Assembly (NCBI GenBank): GCA_051867925.1
Contig: JBJDZI010000094.1
Coordinates: forward strand, 48,092 to 112,091
DNA from: Eubacteriales bacterium
Lineage (GTDB): Bacteria; Bacillota; Clostridia; Oscillospirales; CAG-272
DNA length: 64,000 nt
Direction of reading: 5' to 3'
Positions 62,768 to 64,000 of the stretch are shown piece by piece. Position 1 is the stretch's first letter. Every line of letters begins with the position of its first letter. A program made the translations under genes and the position numbers. Below the pieces are notes generated by a model. It did not search any database, had not been told where the DNA came from, and saw only the letters and a list, made by a program, of their open reading frames with translations.

Positions 62768-64000
62768 TCAATACGGCAGTGTATTCTCGGCGAAAATGAT
62801 CACCGGCGCGCTTGCCCACGGATGAAAGAGTGAGCAGTTCCATTTTTCGTCCTTCCCCCATGCTTCGAAGGCGGTGGTCGCCCCTTGATCGATCATTTTC
62901 AGCCAGCAATCCCCGTCAGTGGCAAGACGGACGCAAAGCTCATCATAGCCCTTTTGCTTCAGCGCCGCCAATGTAAAGTACGCCATGTACACGCCCATCG
63001 CGCTGAGTTTTTTGGTTTCGATCAGACCGACGATGCGCGAGGCGGCTCCGTCTCTTCCGTCGGCGATACCGAACAAAAGCGGCAGGACATTGGAATGAAT
63101 TGCATAATGCGGCTCCTTTTCGGTCAGCGGCGAGTCGGCAAAGAGTTTGTCCCTTTCACAGTAGAAGGTTTTCAGAAACGCATCCTTGACCTTTTGAGCG
63201 TGCAGGGTGATTCGCTGTTTGCCCAAAATCCCGTAGATCTGATCCAGCGCGGCGATAGAGCCGTACCAAAATGCGTTGAGGACGTTATGTGCCCCCTCTC
63301 CGATGGGTTTGGTCAGCGGGAAGTCGTAGCCGTCGCGCAAATTGGCAGGCCAATCCACTAAATTCCATTTGTCGGTGACATTCGAGAGCAGACCGTTTTC
63401 GCTTTCGTACCGTCGGAAATACTCGTACACCTTGGTGGCATACGGCTCGACCTGTTTCAAAAAGGCGAGATCGCCGTCGGTTTTGTATGTCCACAGAAGC
63501 ACCGCCGCAAACTGCAACGAATAATCGGCGATCTCCTGCATCAGCGAAGCACCGGAGACTGCCAGCAATCCGTCACAGACTTTTGCCGTGTCACAGAACT
63601 GCAGGATCGCTTTTTTCAGCATGGTGCAGTCTCCCGTTGCCACTGCGTGGGCCCTGCCGGCAATGGAGATATCCCCCAAATATGCGCCTTTTTCTCTGCT
63701 GGGACAGTCCACGAATCCCTCTTGCATTCCGTATTTTACGGTGTTCAGGCAAAGCTGAATAACCTTTTGGAGTGCTTGATTTTCGGTCTTGTAAACGGCT
63801 TTCTGTTCATACGGATAATGGCGCACCAGCATTTGCAAATCGGAGATTTCCGTGTCCGACGGGACGATGATCTCGGCGTAGCGAAACGCCTTGTAATCGT
63901 ATTGCTCCAAGCGGTCATCCCCGCCCGACAAGATCCATTTTTCTTCGTATCGGCAGTTGCACCGCATCTCATAGCGCACCGTACCGTCGGCATTCAGTTC
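62768..64000 (-). CDS. Alpha-L-rhamnosidase (GH78) C-terminal (alpha/alpha)6 catalytic region; N-terminus lies beyond the right window edge
   Basis: The frame stays open from the track start (63979) to base 64000. FVDCPSREKGAYLGD, NLVDWP, AFWY, TTAFEAWG..SLFHPWASAP are GH78 six-hairpin-domain blocks. Full-length enzymes are much longer than 403 aa. Confidence 0.75.
   Translation of the reverse strand, partial: ELNADGTVRYEMRCNCRYEEKWILSGGDDRLEQYDYKAFRYAEIIVPSDTEISDLQMLVRHYPYEQKAVYKTENQALQKVIQLCLNTVKYGMQEGFVDCPSREKGAYLGDISIAGRAHAVATGDCTMLKKAILQFCDTAKVCDGLLAVSGASLMQEIADYSLQFAAVLLWTYKTDGDLAFLKQVEPYATKVYEYFRRYESENGLLSNVTDKWNLVDWPANLRDGYDFPLTKPIGEGAHNVLNAFWYGSIAALDQIYGILGKQRITLHAQKVKDAFLKTFYCERDKLFADSPLTEKEPHYAIHSNVLPLLFGIADGRDGAASRIVGLIETKKLSAMGVYMAYFTLAALKQKGYDELCVRLATDGDCWLKMIDQGATTAFEAWGKDEKWNCSLFHPWASAPVIIFAENTLPY

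Overview
High-GC, gene-dense chromosomal segment from a Firmicutes/Clostridia-type genome (low-GC-Gram-positive-style SD sites, consensus TTGACA-17-TATAAT promoters with TGn extensions, SpoIID-, DnaD/DnaI- and Rex-type genes). I support about 47 CDS, 2 tRNAs, and several promoters, terminators and repeats. I saw no rRNA, CRISPR array, transposase, integrase or prophage genes. Most of the window is core metabolism and information processing: polA, tsaD-rimI, rex, dnaD/dnaC-like, mgtE, galM, a UPF0210/ACT pair, an HtrA-like protease with a two-component system, and a probable IDH. Five parts look accessory or unexplained. (1) A minus-strand operon links a sugar-type ABC importer to a lipoprotein thermonuclease and an OB-fold-like lipoprotein (1-7458). 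(2) A visibly lower-GC two-gene cassette encodes a secreted Big_2 / ricin-lectin / CHAT-like protease fusion whose 5' end is anomalous (13.7-16.2 kb). (3) An orphan RnfC-like/RnfD-like pair is translationally coupled to a phosphopantetheinyl transferase (16.3-19.0 kb). (4) A GldA/F/G-like ABC-2 cluster carries two GldG paralogues, a DUF4340 protein and a PrsA-like lipoprotein (30.1-38.0 kb). (5) A surface-glycan locus holds GH76, a beta-helix hydrolase and repeated CBM-like modules (49.7-57.5 kb). The most unusual non-coding signal is a ~190-nt intergenic element present in 3.5 copies, whose 14-bp stem changes by compensatory substitutions. Smaller hairpin families and a DnaA-box cluster just downstream of tsaD are also present. 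All calls rest on reading the sequence and ORF translations. No database search was run, so family names are recognitions from motifs.
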